The notes: generated by a model from the sequence alone, not told the origin. A stretch of 64,000 nucleotides of DNA from Smithella sp. (GCA_052139735.1 JBKQWB010000003.1:27528-91527), one strand, 5' to 3'; positions 10,886 to 24,847 are shown, numbered from the stretch's first letter. Made by a program: numbers and translations.

Positions 10886-11518
10886 TTAAGCACTCTTTTT
10901 CTTTGCTTTTTTAATTAGTACAAAACCGTTTTGGCTGCCAGGAACCGAACCCTTTAACAAAAGTAAGTTTCTGTCTGAACGAACCTGCCATACCTCTAAA
11001 TTCTGAATAGTTTTACGGGCATTGCCCATTTGACCAGGCAATTTGGTTCCTTTAAAAACACGCGATGGATCCGCACTGGCGCCAATGGAACCTGGTGCCC
11101 GATGGAACATGGACCCGTGTGTTGCCCTGCCACCGCCAAAGCCATGTCTTTTAATTACACCCTGAAATCCTTTTCCCTTCGACGTTCCGACAATATCAAC
11201 ATAATCGCCAATCTTGAATATATCAGCGGTAATTTCCTGTCCCACCTCGTATTTTTCAGATTGCATGGGAAATTCTTTCACAAAACGGAAGAATCCTTTA
11301 TTGGCCTTATTAAAATGACCCTGCAGTGGCTTGGTAACATTTTTTTGTTTGATACGGCCATAACCAATCTGAATGGCATCGTAACCATCCTTCTCTTTTG
11401 TTTTTACCTGCAAAACAACGGATGGTTCAACCTCAATAGCGGTAACACCAACCGCAGCTCCGTCTTCGGCAAACACTTGAGCCATTCCCAATTTTTTTCC
11501 AATAATTCCATTACTCAT
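10886..11518 (-). CDS. rplC: 50S ribosomal protein L3
   Basis: The ORF-track entry extends to 11584. The internal ATG at 11518 gives MSNGIIGKKLGMAQVF..., the usual L3 N-terminus. Confidence 0.93.
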   Translation of the reverse strand: MSNGIIGKKLGMAQVFAEDGAAVGVTAIEVEPSVVLQVKTKEKDGYDAIQIGYGRIKQKNVTKPLQGHFNKANKGFFRFVKEFPMQSEKYEVGQEITADIFKIGDYVDIVGTSKGKGFQGVIKRHGFGGGRATHGSMFHRAPGSIGASADPSRVFKGTKLPGQMGNARKTIQNLEVWQVRSDRNLLLLKGSVPGSQNGFVLIKKAKKKSA

Positions 11519-11621
11519 CTGATATTCCAGTATTCCAACTTTTAAATAAATTAAGTCAATAATATTCGATTTGAAGAATGGCAATTACGTAATGCCATTT
11601 TCCAAAATTCTAAAAGCATGC

Positions 11622-11930
11622 CTACGCCTTTATTTCCACATCCACTCCGGCGGAAAGATCCAGTTTCATCAAAGCGTCCACTGTGGCTTGAGTAGGCCCA
11701 ACAATATCAATCAATCTTTTATGTGTTCTTATTTCAAACTGCTCGCGAGATTTTTTGTCCACATGAGGTGAGCGATTTACACAATATTTATTGATTTCCG
11801 TAGGAATAGGGATAGGACCGGCAACACGTGCGCCTGTTTTCTTTGCGGTTTCCACTATTTCCTCTACAGAACGATCCAATAGTTTATAATCGTAAGCCTT
11901 GAGACGAATTCTAATCTTTTGCTCTTTCAT
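11622..11930 (-). CDS. rpsJ: 30S ribosomal protein S10
   Basis: 102-aa ORF ([31 protein letters not shown]). Confidence 0.97.
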   Translation of the reverse strand: MKEQKIRIRLKAYDYKLLDRSVEEIVETAKKTGARVAGPIPIPTEINKYCVNRSPHVDKKSREQFEIRTHKRLIDIVGPTQATVDALMKLDLSAGVDVEIKA

Positions 11931-11955
11931 TAATCAAATAACCTATTCCCTGTTT

Positions 11956-13149
11956 CTATTCAATAACCTTGCTTACGACTCCGGCGCCTACTGTTCTTCC
12001 ACCCTCACGAATAGCGAATCTTAACTGCTGTTCCATAGCAATGGGCATAATTAGCTCAATGGTCATATTGACATTATCACCGGGCATGACCATTTCTACT
12101 CCTTCAGGAAGCGTGGCGATTCCCGTCACATCGGTTGTCCGGAAATAAAACTGAGGACGATAACCGGAGAAGAATGGCGTATGACGGCCGCCTTCTTCCT
12201 TGGTCAGAACGTAAACAGCCGCTTCAAATTTGGTATGAGGTGTAATGGAACCGGGTTTGGCCACAACCTGACCTCTTTCCACTTCTTCGCGTTTGATTCC
12301 ACGAATCAACAAACCGACGTCATCACCGGCACGGCCTTCGTCAAGTGTTTTGCGGAACATTTCCACACCGGTAACAACCGTCTTGATTGTCGGTCTTATT
12401 CCGATGATTTCGACTTCCTCACCAACCTTTACAATGCCTCTGTCCACTCTACCCGTAACAACCGTGCCGCGTCCTGAAATAGTAAAAACATCACCAACAG
12501 GCATAAGGAAAGGTTTATCGGTATCGCGTTTGGGCTCGGGAATGTAATTATCCACAGCATCCATCAGTTCCTGAATGCTTTTCACATCGGGAGAATTAAC
12601 ATCTTCGGCTTCCAACGCTTTGAGCGCGGAACCGCGAATGATGGGAATGGTATCACCGGGGAATTCATACTGAGTTAAGAGTTCTCTCAGTTCCAATTCA
12701 ACCAGATCCAGGAGTTCAGGATCGTCAACCAGATCAACCTTATTCAGATAAACGACAATATAAGGAACCTGTACCTGACGGGCAAGGAGAATATGTTCAC
12801 GTGTTTGAGGCATAGGGCCATCGGAGGCGGCAACAACCAGTATCGTTCCGTCCATATGGGCGGCGCCGGAAATCATGTTTTTGATATAGTCGGCATGGCC
12901 GGGGCAGTCTACGTGAGCGTAATGTCTTTTAACCGTCTCGTATTCCACATGGCAAATATTGATGGTAACGCCGCGTTCTTTTTCTTCCGGAGCGTTATCA
13001 ATCGAATCAAAAGCCCGGAATTCCGCCAAACCCTTCTTTGCCAGATATTTTGTGATTGCGGCCGTTAATGTGGTTTTACCATGATCCACGTGACCGATTG
13101 TTCCTATATTTAAATGCGGCTTAGTCCTTTCAAATTTTTTCTTTGCCAT
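11956..13149 (-). CDS. tuf: Elongation factor Tu
   Basis: 397-aa ORF with [17 protein letters not shown] and NKVD GTPase motifs. Confidence 0.98.
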   Translation of the reverse strand: MAKKKFERTKPHLNIGTIGHVDHGKTTLTAAITKYLAKKGLAEFRAFDSIDNAPEEKERGVTINICHVEYETVKRHYAHVDCPGHADYIKNMISGAAHMDGTILVVAASDGPMPQTREHILLARQVQVPYIVVYLNKVDLVDDPELLDLVELELRELLTQYEFPGDTIPIIRGSALKALEAEDVNSPDVKSIQELMDAVDNYIPEPKRDTDKPFLMPVGDVFTISGRGTVVTGRVDRGIVKVGEEVEIIGIRPTIKTVVTGVEMFRKTLDEGRAGDDVGLLIRGIKREEVERGQVVAKPGSITPHTKFEAAVYVLTKEEGGRHTPFFSGYRPQFYFRTTDVTGIATLPEGVEMVMPGDNVNMTIELIMPIAMEQQLRFAIREGGRTVGAGVVSKVIE

Positions 13150-13205
13150 CTCACCTTTCCTCCTTAACTTTGAATGGTTTGTTTCCTTGTCGTTTAAATA
13201 GTCAT

Positions 13206-13676
13206 TTAAAATTTATAATGGGCAAAAGCTTTATTTGCTTCAGCCATCTTATGCACAGCTTCTTTTTTCTTGATCGCTCCGCCTCGATTATTTGCGGCAT
13301 CAATTAATTCACCTGCCAGTTTTTCACGCATGGCTTTTTCCGTGCGTTCCTGAGCGTTGGATATCAACCAGCGAATTGCCAGCGCAGTGCGTCTGGCCGG
13401 CACAACTTCTGTCGGCACTTGATAAGTTGAGCCGCCTACACGCCTTGATTTTACTTCAATGACCGGCTTTACGTTATTTAAAGCTTTTTCGAAAATTTCA
13501 ACCGGCTGTTCTTTTAATCTCTTTTCGATAATATCAAAAGCCCCGTAAAGAATACTTTCCGCAACGCTTTTTTTACCTTGCTTCAATAAAGAATTAACAA
13601 ATTTTGCTACCAGTTTATTATTAAACTTGGGATCGGGCAAAATATCTCTTTTTTCAACTTCCCGTCTTCTCGGCAT
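13206..13676 (-). CDS. rpsG: 30S ribosomal protein S7
   Basis: 156-aa [26 protein letters not shown].... Confidence 0.97.
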   Translation of the reverse strand: MPRRREVEKRDILPDPKFNNKLVAKFVNSLLKQGKKSVAESILYGAFDIIEKRLKEQPVEIFEKALNNVKPVIEVKSRRVGGSTYQVPTEVVPARRTALAIRWLISNAQERTEKAMREKLAGELIDAANNRGGAIKKKEAVHKMAEANKAFAHYKF

Positions 13677-13695
13677 TTAATTATCTCCGTTTAAT

Positions 13696-14067
13696 TTAGC
13701 TTGGCTTTTTTGCACCGTACTTTGATCTGCCTTGTTTGCGGTCCTGTACTCCAACAGTATCAAGCGTACCTCTGATAACGTGATACCTTACACCAGGTAA
13801 ATCCTTAACTCTGCCTCCGCGCACCAGAACAACGGAATGCTCCTGCAAATTGTGACCGATACCCGGAATGTAGGAAGTAACCTCATAACCGCTGGTGAGA
13901 CGAACCCTGGCGACTTTCCGCAAAGCTGAATTCGGCTTTTTGGGTGTCGTCGTATAAACTCTGACACAGACACCGCGACGTTGCGGTGAACCCGCCAGCG
14001 CAGGCGTATTTGTTTTCTTTTCTACTTTGATCCGGCCTTTCCGAATCAACTGACTGATTGTCGGCAT
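13696..14067 (-). CDS. rpsL: 30S ribosomal protein S12
   Basis: 123-aa [15 protein letters not shown]...[17 protein letters not shown]. Confidence 0.98.
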   Translation of the reverse strand: MPTISQLIRKGRIKVEKKTNTPALAGSPQRRGVCVRVYTTTPKKPNSALRKVARVRLTSGYEVTSYIPGIGHNLQEHSVVLVRGGRVKDLPGVRYHVIRGTLDTVGVQDRKQGRSKYGAKKPS

Positions 14068-14176
14068 TTTCCTCCTAAAACAAATCGCTGCTCTTTAAAA
14101 TACTATAGCAGCAGCGAACCGGTGGTACGTACCAGTTCAAATTTTATATGTCAAGCTTTTTCTCAATAAATTTTAT

Positions 14177-17100
14177 TTATTCCGCATTGGCCTGGGCTTC
14201 TTCATCAGCCATCTTAATACCCAGCTTCCGGTACATCACCAAACCGGTGCCCGCCGTTATCAATCTGCCCATAATAACGTTTTCTTTAAGCCCTCTTAAA
14301 TAATCGGTTTTACCTGAAAGAGCAGCTTCAGTAAGCACTTTGGTTGTTTCCTGGAACGAAGCAGCAGAAATAAAACTCTGGGTGCTGAGCGATGCTTTAG
14401 TAATACCCAATAGCATCGGCTCACCTATAGCAGGACGGCCACCTTGAGCTACAACCTTTTCGTTTTCTTCCTGAAAACGGTAACGCTCGATCTTTTCATC
14501 GGCAAGAAATGTCGTATCGCCCGGATCAATTACCTTGACTCTGCGGAGCATTTGACGAACAATGACTTCCATGTGCTTATCGTTGATCTTGACTCCCTGT
14601 AAACGGTAGACTTCCTGCACTTCATCAACCAGGTATCTGGCCAGTTCTTTTTCGCCCTTTATGGATAGAAGATCATGAGGATTATTTACGCCGGACATCA
14701 AGGCATCGCCCGGTATAACCTGGTCGCCTTCCTGAACGCTGATATGCTTGCCTTTGGCAATAAGGTATTCCTTTTCTTCTCCAACCTCCGGAGTTATAAT
14801 TATCTTACGCTTACCCTTGGCATCTTTGCCGTAGGAAACAACACCGCTGATTTCGCTGATAACAGCAAAATCTTTGGGTTTGCGAGCTTCAAAAAGTTCG
14901 GCTACGCGAGGCAAGCCACCTGTAATATCTTTTGTTTTTGTTGTTTCGCGTGGAATTTTCGCAATAATATCTCCGGCCTTGACCTCGTCTCCTTCAGAAA
15001 CAACCAGATTTACGCCTACAGACAAGAGATAACGGGCCACAGCATTCGAATCTGGCAATTTAGCAGTTTTACCTTTGCTGTCCTTGATAGAAACACGCGG
15101 TCTTAAATCTCCACCTTTAAATTCGACAATGATTTTACGGGACAGACCGGTAACTTCATCAACCTGTTCCTGCATCGTTTTTCCTTCGGTAATATCATCA
15201 AATTTAATTGTTCCATCAATTTCAGCTAAAATCGGTATAGAGAAGGGATCCCATTCGGCAATTAACTGACCTTTTTTAATATAACTATCCTCATTCACTT
15301 TCAGATGGGCGCCATAAGACACCATATACTTGCCACGACTGCGTTTCTGTTCATCCAGAACATGAACCTCACCATGACGTTTCATCACAACCAGATCACC
15401 TTCTCTGGTTTTTACCGTATTTAAGTTAACAAACTTAATCACTCCATCATGATGAGCTTCCAGAGTGGAATGTTCATCAAATTTCGCCGTACCACCGATA
15501 TGAAAAGTTCTCATGGTCAACTGCGTACCCGGTTCACCAATGGATTGAGCCGCAACGATACCAACAGCTTCACCAATATTAACCAGATGCCCATGAGCCA
15601 AATCGCGTCCATAGCACTTGGCACAAACGCCATGTTTGGAACGACAAGTTAAAACTGATCTAATGTTAACCTGTTCAATACCGGCATGGTCGATCTTTTC
15701 AACAAGGGCCTCATCTATATCTTCATTGGCTTTAACAATGACCTCACCGGTAAATGGGTCTTTAATTTCCTGCAAGGCAACCCTACCCAGAACACGCTCT
15801 CCGGCGGTTTCAATAATTTCACCGCCTTCCATAAGTGCAGAGACATACACGCCATCAACTGTCTCGCAATCATGCTCCGTAATGATGCAGTCCTGCGCCA
15901 CATCCACCAATCTTCTTGTCAGATAACCGGAATTGGCTGTTTTCAACGCCGTATCGGCCAAGCCTTTACGCGCGCCGTGAGTTGAGATAAAATACTGAAG
16001 AACGGTAAGCCCTTCGCGGAAATTAGCTGTAATCGGCGTCTCGATAATTTCACCTGACGGCTTAGCCATCAAACCGCGCATACCGGCCAATTGCCTGAGT
16101 TGCTGCCCCGAACCGCGGGCGCCTGAATCGGCCATCATGTAAATCGGATTGAAACTTTCAATTCTGCGCTTTTTCCCATCAGAAGAGGAAACTTCTTCAG
16201 TGCTGATGTCCTTCATCATCTCGGAAGCTATTTTTTCTGTAGCCTGCGCCCAGATGTCCACGACTTTATTATAACGCTCACCATCGGTAATCAAACCGTC
16301 CATATACTGTTTTTGGATTTTCAAAACATCTTTATCGGCCTGAGAAACAATGCGTTTTTTGTTTTCAGGAATAATCATATTGCTAATAGCAAAAGAAATC
16401 CCGGAAACAGTGGCATATTTAAAGCCCATATCCTTAAGTTTATCGGCTAAAATAATAGTTGCTTTGTCTCCACACAAACGATAACAATGATCAATTAAAT
16501 TGGTCAGTTCCTTTTTATTCATCAACTTATTGATCATATCAAAATTAATTTGTTCGGGAACTATTTCTGAAAGAATAATTCTTCCCGCTGTTGTTTCTTT
16601 TATTTCCGAATTAATGCGCACTTTAATACGTGCATGTAAATCAATCATGCCAGCATCAATAGCCGAGCGCACTTCATCCGGACCAGCAAAAAGCATTCCT
16701 TCACCCTTAGCTTCTGTCTTCACTCGTGTCAGATAATAAATACCCAAAACGATATCCTGACTGGGAATGATTATCGGACTTCCGTTTGCCGGAGAAAGAA
16801 TATTGTTGGTAGACATCATGAGGACACGAGCTTCCGTCTGCGCCTCAATGGACAACGGAATGTGAACAGCCATTTGATCTCCATCAAAGTCCGCGTTAAA
16901 AGCCGTACACACCAGAGGATGGAGCTGTATAGCTTTCCCTTCAATTAACACCGGTTCAAAAGCTTGTATGCCCAAACGATGCAGGGTTGGCGCGCGGTTT
17001 AGAATAACCGGATATTCGCGCACCACTTCATCCAACGCATCCCAAACTTCGGCTGTTTCCTTTTCCACCATTTTCTTGGCGCTTTTTACGGTAGTTACAT

Positions 17101-18271
17101 ATCCTTTTTCCAGCAGGCGATTGTAGATAAAAGGTTTAAAAAGTTCGATCGCCATTTTCTTGGGCAAACCGCACTGATGCAGCCTTAAATCAGGCCCGAC
17201 TGTAACAACTGATCGTCCGGAATAGTCAACTCTTTTCCCCAGTAAATTCTGGCGAAAACGACCCTGTTTACCTTTGAGCATATCGGATAAGGACCGCAGA
17301 GGCCTTTTATTGGTTCCAGTAATAGCCCTGCCACGACGGCCATTATCAAAAAGAACATCTACTGCTTCCTGCAACATGCGTTTTTCATTGCGGATAATTA
17401 TTTCCGGCGCATTTAATTCCTGTAAACGTTTCAAACGATTATTTCTGTTGATAACACGCCGGTATAAATCGTTCAGGTCAGATGTGGCAAAACGTCCTCC
17501 ATCCAGAGGAACCAGTGGCCGCAAGTCAGGTGGAATAACGGGAAGTACCGTTAAGATCATCCATTCCGGCTTATTTCTGGATTTACGCAATGCTTCCACG
17601 ACCTTCAACCTTTTAACAAGTTTCTTTTTCTTGGTATCGGAAACGGCGCCGACAATTTCCGTGCGCAGTTCTTCGTAGAGCTTTTCTAAATCAATTTCTT
17701 CCAATAACTGTCTGATTGCTTCAGCGCCAATTCCCGCAACGAAGCTATCATTACCATATTGTTCTCTTGCTTCATCGTATTCTTCATCCGTAAGCAGATC
17801 TCTTTTCTTTAAGGGAGTGCTTTTAGGATCAAGGACGATCCATGATTCAAAATAAAGAACTTTTTCCAGTTCCTTTAATGACAAGTCTACAGCATTGCCA
17901 ATACGGCTCGGAAGGCTCTTCAGAAACCAGATATGAGACACTGGGGTCGCTAAAGTAATATGTCCCATTCTTTCCCGGCGAACCTTGGATTGAATAACTT
18001 CTACACCGCACTTTTCGCAAACTACCCCACGGTGTTTCATTCTCTTGTAACGTCCGCAAAGACATTCATAATCCTTCACCGGACCAAAAATCTTTGCACA
18101 AAAAAGTCCATCTTTTTCCGGTTTAAATGTCCGGTAATTGATCGTTTCCGGTTTCTTTACTTCGCCACGTGACCAGGAAAGAATTTTCTCCGGTGAAGCA
18201 ATGGAAATTTTCATTGCATTAAATTTTACTTGATTCTTCGGTTTTTCAAAATAACTGAAAACATCTTCCAC
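14177..18271 (-). CDS. rpoC: DNA-directed RNA polymerase subunit beta-prime
   Basis: 1364-aa ORF with the zinc-binding [23 protein letters not shown] and the catalytic [12 protein letters not shown] start at 18271. Confidence 0.98.
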   Translation of the reverse strand: MEDVFSYFEKPKNQVKFNAMKISIASPEKILSWSRGEVKKPETINYRTFKPEKDGLFCAKIFGPVKDYECLCGRYKRMKHRGVVCEKCGVEVIQSKVRRERMGHITLATPVSHIWFLKSLPSRIGNAVDLSLKELEKVLYFESWIVLDPKSTPLKKRDLLTDEEYDEAREQYGNDSFVAGIGAEAIRQLLEEIDLEKLYEELRTEIVGAVSDTKKKKLVKRLKVVEALRKSRNKPEWMILTVLPVIPPDLRPLVPLDGGRFATSDLNDLYRRVINRNNRLKRLQELNAPEIIIRNEKRMLQEAVDVLFDNGRRGRAITGTNKRPLRSLSDMLKGKQGRFRQNLLGKRVDYSGRSVVTVGPDLRLHQCGLPKKMAIELFKPFIYNRLLEKGYVTTVKSAKKMVEKETAEVWDALDEVVREYPVILNRAPTLHRLGIQAFEPVLIEGKAIQLHPLVCTAFNADFDGDQMAVHIPLSIEAQTEARVLMMSTNNILSPANGSPIIIPSQDIVLGIYYLTRVKTEAKGEGMLFAGPDEVRSAIDAGMIDLHARIKVRINSEIKETTAGRIILSEIVPEQINFDMINKLMNKKELTNLIDHCYRLCGDKATIILADKLKDMGFKYATVSGISFAISNMIIPENKKRIVSQADKDVLKIQKQYMDGLITDGERYNKVVDIWAQATEKIASEMMKDISTEEVSSSDGKKRRIESFNPIYMMADSGARGSGQQLRQLAGMRGLMAKPSGEIIETPITANFREGLTVLQYFISTHGARKGLADTALKTANSGYLTRRLVDVAQDCIITEHDCETVDGVYVSALMEGGEIIETAGERVLGRVALQEIKDPFTGEVIVKANEDIDEALVEKIDHAGIEQVNIRSVLTCRSKHGVCAKCYGRDLAHGHLVNIGEAVGIVAAQSIGEPGTQLTMRTFHIGGTAKFDEHSTLEAHHDGVIKFVNLNTVKTREGDLVVMKRHGEVHVLDEQKRSRGKYMVSYGAHLKVNEDSYIKKGQLIAEWDPFSIPILAEIDGTIKFDDITEGKTMQEQVDEVTGLSRKIIVEFKGGDLRPRVSIKDSKGKTAKLPDSNAVARYLLSVGVNLVVSEGDEVKAGDIIAKIPRETTKTKDITGGLPRVAELFEARKPKDFAVISEISGVVSYGKDAKGKRKIIITPEVGEEKEYLIAKGKHISVQEGDQVIPGDALMSGVNNPHDLLSIKGEKELARYLVDEVQEVYRLQGVKINDKHMEVIVRQMLRRVKVIDPGDTTFLADEKIERYRFQEENEKVVAQGGRPAIGEPMLLGITKASLSTQSFISAASFQETTKVLTEAALSGKTDYLRGLKENVIMGRLITAGTGLVMYRKLGIKMADEEAQANAE

Positions 18272-18359
18272 GGATTTTCTCCTGTACGATTAAAGCTTAA
18301 GTGAAATTTTTGAGTTACTTATATTCAATTGTCTCCCGCGGGCCGCCAACTTCAGCTTT

Positions 18360-21300
18360 TCAGCTCAAGTTGTCAGCTTCCTCAATTAATTCCACGTCTA
18401 ATCCAAGTCCCTGGAGTTCTTTAACAAGCACGTTAAAGGATTCCGGCAGACCCGACTCAAATGTATGTTCGCCCTTTACAATAGATTCGTAAATTCTGGT
18501 TCTCCCCGCCACATCATCGGATTTGACTGTGAGAAATTCCTGCAATGCGTAAGCCGCTCCATAAGCTTCCATAGCCCATACTTCCATTTCTCCCAACCTC
18601 TGACCACCGAATTGAGCCTTGCCACCTAACGGCTGCTGTGTCACTAGTGAATAGGGGCCTATGGAACGCGCATGAATTTTATTATCAACCAAGTGGTGCA
18701 ACTTCATCATGTAAATAATGCCCACTGTAACTTCCTGATCAAAGGGTTCGCCTGTTCTGCCGTCAAAAAGAACGGATTGACCTGTCTGGGGCAAATCAGC
18801 CCTTTTTAACATTTCTCTAATTTGCTCTTCAGGACAACCATCAAAAACAGGACTGGCTACAAGCATTCCTTTCTTTAAACGTCCCATAAATCTTCTGATG
18901 TCTTCAGCGGAAGCCTGATCAATAAACTTATCAAAATCCGGAGAGGAATAAGTTTTTTTCAATTCGCTTTTAATATTATTTAAATTTGAGTGCTTTTCCC
19001 AAAGTTCGTTTAAGCTCTCCCCTATTGATCTTGCCGCCCAACCCAGATGAGTTTCCAGAATTTGTCCAACATTCATTCTCGAAGGAACACCCAAGGGATT
19101 CAATACAATATCCACAGTAGATCCATCAGCAAAACATGGCATATCTTCTTCCGGTAAAATACGCGATAAAACGCCTTTGTTCCCGTGACGGCCTGCCATC
19201 TTATCGCCTACGGAAAGTTTTCTTTTAATAGCGATATAAACCTTGACCATTTTAATAACACCCGGAGGAAGCTCATCGCTGGCTTTGATCTTTTCTAATT
19301 GCTCTTCAAAATGAGCATTGACAAAATCAATTTTTCTCTCCAAGGACGCAATCAGGTTATTTATCTTTTCTTCTGTGCTGTCATTTTCAGCAATGGTAAT
19401 TTCTTTCCAGCAGGAGAAAGGCAAATCATTCCAAATCTCTTTTGTGATTTTATCGCCTTTCTTTAAAATTGTTTTCTTTTTAGCATCCACTATTTTGGTG
19501 GCTGCCGTTTTTCCAATAATAATTTTTGTAATATCTTTCTTAATTGTTTCAGTCAGGATACGGATTTCGTCATCTCTGTCTTGAGTTATTTGTTCAATAG
19601 CTTCACTTTCGATGGCTTGCGAACGCACATCGCTTTCGGCGCCTTTTCTCGTAAAGATTTTAGCGTCAATTACTGTACCTTCAACGCCGGGAGGAACGCG
19701 CAATGATGTATCTCGCACATCGCTGGCCTTTTCTCCGAATATCGCCCGCAAGAGCTTTTCCTCGGCAGATAACTGAGTTTCACCTTTAGGGGTTATCTTC
19801 CCGACAAGAACATCTCCAGGCTTCACTGAAACGCCAATGCAAATAATGCCGCTTTCATCTAAATTTCTCAGGACTTCTTCACCGACGTTGGGAATATCAC
19901 GTGTAATTTCTTCTTTGCCCAATTTAGTATCACGGGACATTGTTTCAAATTCTTCGATATGAATTGATGTAAAAATATCTTCTTTGACTATTCTTTCGCT
20001 GACCAGAATGGAATCTTCGTAGTCATAGCCGCCCCATGACATGAAGGCAACCATAACATTTCTGCCCAGAGCTAATTCACCGTTATCAATTGCCGGGCCA
20101 TCAGCCAATATATCTTTTTTGTGAATGCGTTGACTGGCATTAACTATCGGTTTTTGATTAAAGCAAGTATCCTGATTAGATCTCTGGTATTTGGCTAAAT
20201 TATAAATATCAACACCGCTGTCTATCCCGTCTTCTTCTATACGGTCCGCACGGACAATAATTCGAGAAGCATCAACACTTTCCACAACGCCGGATCTTCT
20301 GGCTGCAACAACAGCGCCGGAATCACGGGCAACAATAGATTCTACACCTGTACCCACTACAGGAACTTCCGGCCTCATTAACGGAACCGATTGCCTCTGC
20401 ATATTTGATCCCATAAGAGCACGATTAGCATCATCATGTTCCAGAAATGGGATTAATGCCGCGGCGATACTGACAAGTTGGGTAGGCGAAACATCCATCA
20501 TTTTAATTTCTTCCGGCACGACAGAAATATAACTGCCGCCTTTTCTAACTGATATCAACTCTTCAACAAATTTGTCCTGCTTATTCAAAGGACGGTCTGC
20601 TGAAGCAATAATTTTATTTTCTTCTTCAATTGCTGTTACAAAACGGACATCATCAGAAACGCGGCCGTTTTCTACCATCCTATAGGGTGTTTCAATAAAA
20701 CCAAATTCGTTAACCCTCGCATAAGTGCTCAGAGATACGATCAAACCGATATTAGGTCCTTCCGGTGTTTCTATCGGACAAATACGACCGTAATGGGTAG
20801 GATGAACATCTCTGACTTCGAATCCTGCTCTTTCCCTGGTCAAACCACCAGGCCCTAATGCTGACAGACGTCTTTTGTGCGTAATTTCAGAAAGAGGATT
20901 GGTCTGATCCATAAACTGAGAAAGCTGGCTGGAATTAAAGAATTCATTAACAACAGCGGAAACGGGCTTAGCGTTAATCAGGTCGTGCGGCATCATTGTT
21001 TCGATATCCTGCAGGCTCATTTTTTCCTTGATAGCCCGCTCCATACGCACTAAACCAATGCGGTACTGATTTTCAATAAGTTCGCCGACCGACCTCACTC
21101 TGCGGTTCCCTAAATGATCAATATCATCAACATTACAATCTCCAACACCATTCTTCAGGTCAATCAAATATTTAACCGCGGATAAAATATCTTCATTACG
21201 CAATACCGTAATATCAGTCGGCACATTCATGTGTAATTTGTAATTCATTTTGGCGCGACCGACATTTGACAAGTCATAAGTTGCCGGTTCAAAGAAAAGG

Positions 21301-22487
21301 CTTTTGAAAAATTTATCTCCCGTTTCCGGAGTGGGGGGATTGCTCGGACGCAAACGGCGATATATTTCCATTATTGCATCTTCTGCGGTATCAATTTTAT
21401 CCAGCAATAGGGTATCTCTGATGGAAGCATTATCCATATCTTCGTCAATATGGATAATCTTTAATTCCTTGACATCCTTTTCCCTGATTATCTCCAGGCA
21501 ATTTATAGGTAATTCCTCGTTGCAACGGAAGATAATTTCATTTGTTTTCGGATCACGAATATCCTGAGAAGGAATTTTACCGGCCAGTTCACTCTCGTTA
21601 ATCGCAACACGCTTGATGCCCACATCAACTATTCTCTTCAAAAGAGGCTTTGTAAGCTTGCGGCCTTTTTTAACAATTATCTCAGCGTTTTTGGGATCTT
21701 TTATGTCTTCGGGCGCTTTTTGACCGACAAGAGAATCGTCAACGGTAAAATAAACTTTTTTATTTTCAATTATAACTGTATTGACGCTGTAAAAATAATT
21801 TAAAATAAATTCTGTCGATTTACCCAGCGCTTTCAACAGGATAGTTACAGGCATTTTTCTGCGGCGGTCAATTCTTACATATAGGATGTCTTTGGAATCA
21901 AACTCTAAATCCAGCCAGGAACCCCTGATAGGAATAATTCGCGCTGAATATATCAACTTGCCGCTGGCGACAATTTTACCTTTGTCGTGATCAAAAAAGA
22001 TACCCGGCGAACGATGCAACTGGTTAACAATAACCCTTTCCGTCCCGTTAATGATAAATGTGCCATTTTCAGTCATCAGCGGAATTTCACCGAAGTAAAC
22101 TTCCTGCTCTTTAATATCGCGGATCTGCTTTGTTTCAGCTGTTTCGCGGTTACTTTTGCCGTCAGCCGGACGGTCAACTTCAAAAACAACCAGCCTGACC
22201 ACAATTTTCAAAGGAGCAGCATAGGTCATCCCTTTTTGAATACATTCCTTCACGTCATACCGGATATCACCAAGCTTATAACTTACAAATTCCAGAGAAC
22301 ACTTTCCGCTGAAATCTGAAATGGGAAAGACACTTTTAAAAGCGCCTTGCAAACCAAGATTGGCCCGCCTTGCCGGCGCTATTTCCTTTTGAAGAAATTT
22401 TTCATAAGATTGTGTCTGAATATCAATTAAGTTGGGAATATCCAGTATCTTTTTTACCTGACCAAAATATTTTCTAAAGTCACCCAT
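18360..22487 (-). CDS. rpoB: DNA-directed RNA polymerase subunit beta
   Basis: 1375-aa ORF with conserved beta-subunit blocks ([27 protein letters not shown]). Confidence 0.98.
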   Translation of the reverse strand: MGDFRKYFGQVKKILDIPNLIDIQTQSYEKFLQKEIAPARRANLGLQGAFKSVFPISDFSGKCSLEFVSYKLGDIRYDVKECIQKGMTYAAPLKIVVRLVVFEVDRPADGKSNRETAETKQIRDIKEQEVYFGEIPLMTENGTFIINGTERVIVNQLHRSPGIFFDHDKGKIVASGKLIYSARIIPIRGSWLDLEFDSKDILYVRIDRRRKMPVTILLKALGKSTEFILNYFYSVNTVIIENKKVYFTVDDSLVGQKAPEDIKDPKNAEIIVKKGRKLTKPLLKRIVDVGIKRVAINESELAGKIPSQDIRDPKTNEIIFRCNEELPINCLEIIREKDVKELKIIHIDEDMDNASIRDTLLLDKIDTAEDAIMEIYRRLRPSNPPTPETGDKFFKSLFFEPATYDLSNVGRAKMNYKLHMNVPTDITVLRNEDILSAVKYLIDLKNGVGDCNVDDIDHLGNRRVRSVGELIENQYRIGLVRMERAIKEKMSLQDIETMMPHDLINAKPVSAVVNEFFNSSQLSQFMDQTNPLSEITHKRRLSALGPGGLTRERAGFEVRDVHPTHYGRICPIETPEGPNIGLIVSLSTYARVNEFGFIETPYRMVENGRVSDDVRFVTAIEEENKIIASADRPLNKQDKFVEELISVRKGGSYISVVPEEIKMMDVSPTQLVSIAAALIPFLEHDDANRALMGSNMQRQSVPLMRPEVPVVGTGVESIVARDSGAVVAARRSGVVESVDASRIIVRADRIEEDGIDSGVDIYNLAKYQRSNQDTCFNQKPIVNASQRIHKKDILADGPAIDNGELALGRNVMVAFMSWGGYDYEDSILVSERIVKEDIFTSIHIEEFETMSRDTKLGKEEITRDIPNVGEEVLRNLDESGIICIGVSVKPGDVLVGKITPKGETQLSAEEKLLRAIFGEKASDVRDTSLRVPPGVEGTVIDAKIFTRKGAESDVRSQAIESEAIEQITQDRDDEIRILTETIKKDITKIIIGKTAATKIVDAKKKTILKKGDKITKEIWNDLPFSCWKEITIAENDSTEEKINNLIASLERKIDFVNAHFEEQLEKIKASDELPPGVIKMVKVYIAIKRKLSVGDKMAGRHGNKGVLSRILPEEDMPCFADGSTVDIVLNPLGVPSRMNVGQILETHLGWAARSIGESLNELWEKHSNLNNIKSELKKTYSSPDFDKFIDQASAEDIRRFMGRLKKGMLVASPVFDGCPEEQIREMLKRADLPQTGQSVLFDGRTGEPFDQEVTVGIIYMMKLHHLVDNKIHARSIGPYSLVTQQPLGGKAQFGGQRLGEMEVWAMEAYGAAYALQEFLTVKSDDVAGRTRIYESIVKGEHTFESGLPESFNVLVKELQGLGLDVELIEEADNLS

Positions 22488-22523
22488 AGCATCCTTAAAT
22501 AAAATTATATGTTGAAGATTGCG

Positions 22524-22910
22524 TTATTTAACCTCAACGGTCCCGCCAACTTCTTCGATTTTCTTCTTGATATCCGCGGCTTCATCTTTGGAAACACCTT
22601 CTTTTATAGGCTTAGGCACGCCCTCCACCAAATCCTTTGCTTCTTTAAGTCCAAGGCTGGTAATAGCGCGAACAACTTTAATTACCTGAATCTTTTCCGC
22701 GCCGAAACCTGTGAGAATTACATCAAATTCGGTTTTTTCTTCAACCGGAGCCGCAGCGGCAGCGCCAGGACCGGCAACAGCAGCCATCATGGGAGCGGCC
22801 GCGGATACGCCGAACTTTTCTTCTAATTCTTTTACCAGAGCAGAAAGCTCTAATACAGTCATTTCTTCAATAAATTTGACTACATCATCTTTAGTAATTT
22901 TATCTGACAT
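22524..22910 (-). CDS. rplL: 50S ribosomal protein L7/L12
   Basis: 128-aa ORF with an Ala-rich hinge and the C-terminal domain [20 protein letters not shown]. Confidence 0.97.
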   Translation of the reverse strand: MSDKITKDDVVKFIEEMTVLELSALVKELEEKFGVSAAAPMMAAVAGPGAAAAAPVEEKTEFDVILTGFGAEKIQVIKVVRAITSLGLKEAKDLVEGVPKPIKEGVSKDEAADIKKKIEEVGGTVEVK

Positions 22911-22933
22911 TTTTCTATCCCTTTCTGTATGTT

Positions 22934-23461
22934 TTATGAGTTTAAAGTTTGTTTCTTATCACAATAGGCATTGAGCACTTGCACAAAGCTTCTCGGAACG
23001 CCACTTAAAACGGTCACGAACGATGTCGGTACCGCCGCCATTACCGAAACTAATTTGCCCAAAAGAACCTCTTTGCTGGGTAATTCCGCCAAAACTGTAA
23101 TATCACTCTTCGTTAAAAGCTTTTTATCCAGCACGCCAACCTTGATTTCCAATTCCGGATTTTTCTTAGCAAAATCAACCAGAATCTTAGCCGGCGCCAC
23201 AGGGTCTTTATAGCTCAGAACAACCGCAACAGGCCATTTGAAATGATCAGCAAGAATGCTAAAATCTGTGCTATCTGAAGCAATTCTCAAAAGAGTGTTT
23301 TTTACAACCTTCCATTCAGCATTGGACTTGCGCAGCTCATTTCTCAAGGTTTCCATTTTTTCGACGTTCATCCCGCTAAAGCTGGTCAGAACACCCAGGT
23401 TTGCTTCTTTGAGTTTCTTTTGCAGTTCGGATACAATTTGCTCTTTAGTTCTCCGATCCAA
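22934..23461 (-). CDS. rplJ: 50S ribosomal protein L10
   Basis: 175-aa ORF upstream of rplL. TTG start at 23461 preceded by AAGGAGG. Confidence 0.94.
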   Translation of the reverse strand: MDRRTKEQIVSELQKKLKEANLGVLTSFSGMNVEKMETLRNELRKSNAEWKVVKNTLLRIASDSTDFSILADHFKWPVAVVLSYKDPVAPAKILVDFAKKNPELEIKVGVLDKKLLTKSDITVLAELPSKEVLLGKLVSVMAAVPTSFVTVLSGVPRSFVQVLNAYCDKKQTLNS

Positions 23462-23704
23462 TCTATCAGCCTCCTTTCAAAGTTATTTTATTTCTTGAGG
23501 CCAGAGATTCTAGCCACATACAGAACAAAAAAACGGTAACCTTGCCCAATTCCGATTCCCGTTTTATAAAAATTGCTTACCTTCATAAAAAACAAAGTAA
23601 CTATTTTCATTTTACGAGTCTCGGCAGGCCGTATTACGTTTAAACTTCTGTACCTGCTGTCTTCGACCTCATTTTATTTCAAAAAAACTCTCAATATTTT
23701 TTCA
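23462..23704 (-). promoter_or_regulatory. rplJ 5' leader, possible L10(L12)4 autoregulatory leader RNA
   Basis: 243-nt untranslated gap between rplA and rplJ. The RNA segment GAAGACAGCAGG...CCUGCCGAG (about 23616-23670) resembles the pairing core I recall for L10 leaders. No covariance model was run. Confidence 0.45.
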
Positions 23705-24403
23705 TTAAGCAGCTTTAATATCGAGAGGGTCAATTCTCACGCCCACACCCATTGTGCTTGAAAGAGAAATACTTTTAATATAAATGCCTTTACTTGATGC
23801 CGGCTTTAACTTAATAATTGTTTCCAACAAAGCGCTGACATTTTCTCTCAATTTTTCGGCGCCGAAAGATACTTTTCCCACGGGAGAGTGAACGATACCC
23901 GCTTTTTCAACGCGAAATTCAACTTTGCCCGCTTTTAGTTCATTTACTGCTTTGGCCACTTCAAAAGTTACCGTTCCTACCTTGGGATTGGGCATTAAAC
24001 CGCGTGGTCCTAAAATTTTACCAATCTTTCCCACGGAACCCATCATATCCGGGGTGGCGATAACACGATCAAACTCCATCCAGCCGCCTTTAATCTTTTC
24101 AATAATTTCGTCATTACCGACTAAATCCGCACCGGCTTCCAGAGCTTCTTTTTCCTTGTCCCCTTTAGCAAATACTAAAATCCGTACTGTTTTCCCCAAG
24201 CCATGGGGCAAAACTACACTGCCCCGCACCATCTGATCGGCATGAGCAGGATTAACGCCTAAGCGAATGGCCGCATCCACAGTTTCATCAAATTTTGTTC
24301 CGGCCGTTGATGTAACAATTTCCGCAGCCTCTTGAAGTGAATATCGTTTGCCCGGTTCAATCTTAGCTTTCGCCGCCAATATACGTTTGCCTTTTTTTAA
24401 CAT
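23705..24403 (-). CDS. rplA: 50S ribosomal protein L1
   Basis: 232-aa ORF ([11 protein letters not shown]..., [19 protein letters not shown]). Confidence 0.97.
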   Translation of the reverse strand: MLKKGKRILAAKAKIEPGKRYSLQEAAEIVTSTAGTKFDETVDAAIRLGVNPAHADQMVRGSVVLPHGLGKTVRILVFAKGDKEKEALEAGADLVGNDEIIEKIKGGWMEFDRVIATPDMMGSVGKIGKILGPRGLMPNPKVGTVTFEVAKAVNELKAGKVEFRVEKAGIVHSPVGKVSFGAEKLRENVSALLETIIKLKPASSKGIYIKSISLSSTMGVGVRIDPLDIKAA

Positions 24404-24421
24404 GATAAAACCTCGTAATTA

Positions 24422-24847
24422 TTAACCTGTGATTTCAATTCCCATTGACCTTGCCGTACCGGCAATTATCTTTATAGCGCCTTCAATATTTACAGCATTT
24501 AAATCTTTATACTTTAATTCAGCTATTTCTTTCACCTGCCCGGCCGTAACTGTTCCAACTTTTTCCCTCTTCGGATCGCTGGCTCCTTTGGCAATTTTAG
24601 CCGCTTGTTTAAGCAACACGGATACCGGGGGTGTTTTTGTTATAAATGTAAACGATCTGTCGGCATAAACGGTAATCACCACAGGAATAATCATTCCTTC
24701 CTGATTTTGCGTCATAGCGTTATAAGCTTTGCAGAATTCCATAATATTTACGCCGTGCTGTCCCAACGCCGGACCAATAGGAGGCGAAGGAGTTGCCTTA
24801 CCCGCTTTTATTTGTAATTTAATGTTTGCAATAATTTTTTTTGCCAT
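24422..24847 (-). CDS. rplK: 50S ribosomal protein L11
   Basis: 141-aa ORF ([32 protein letters not shown]). Confidence 0.97.
   Translation of the reverse strand: MAKKIIANIKLQIKAGKATPSPPIGPALGQHGVNIMEFCKAYNAMTQNQEGMIIPVVITVYADRSFTFITKTPPVSVLLKQAAKIAKGASDPKREKVGTVTAGQVKEIAELKYKDLNAVNIEGAIKIIAGTARSMGIEITG

Noticed and set aside
14068-14176. Hairpins (CGCTGCT...AGCAGCG and the palindrome GGTACGTACC) between rpoC and rpsL as terminator or promoter
   Set aside because: The stems are short with a long loop, the T-tract is weak, and the candidate -10 (TACGTA) is poor. The evidence is too weak to call a feature.
14675-22319. Numerous 60-143-aa ORFs antisense to, or out of frame within, rpoC and rpoB (for example 14675-15106, 17274-17678, 21987-22319)
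   Set aside because: They are fully embedded in highly conserved long genes, have low-complexity compositions, and lack independent start signals. They are typical shadow ORFs. The same applies to embedded ORFs in the ribosomal protein genes, tuf, uvrA, mfd, leuA, leuC, metH and the PAS protein.
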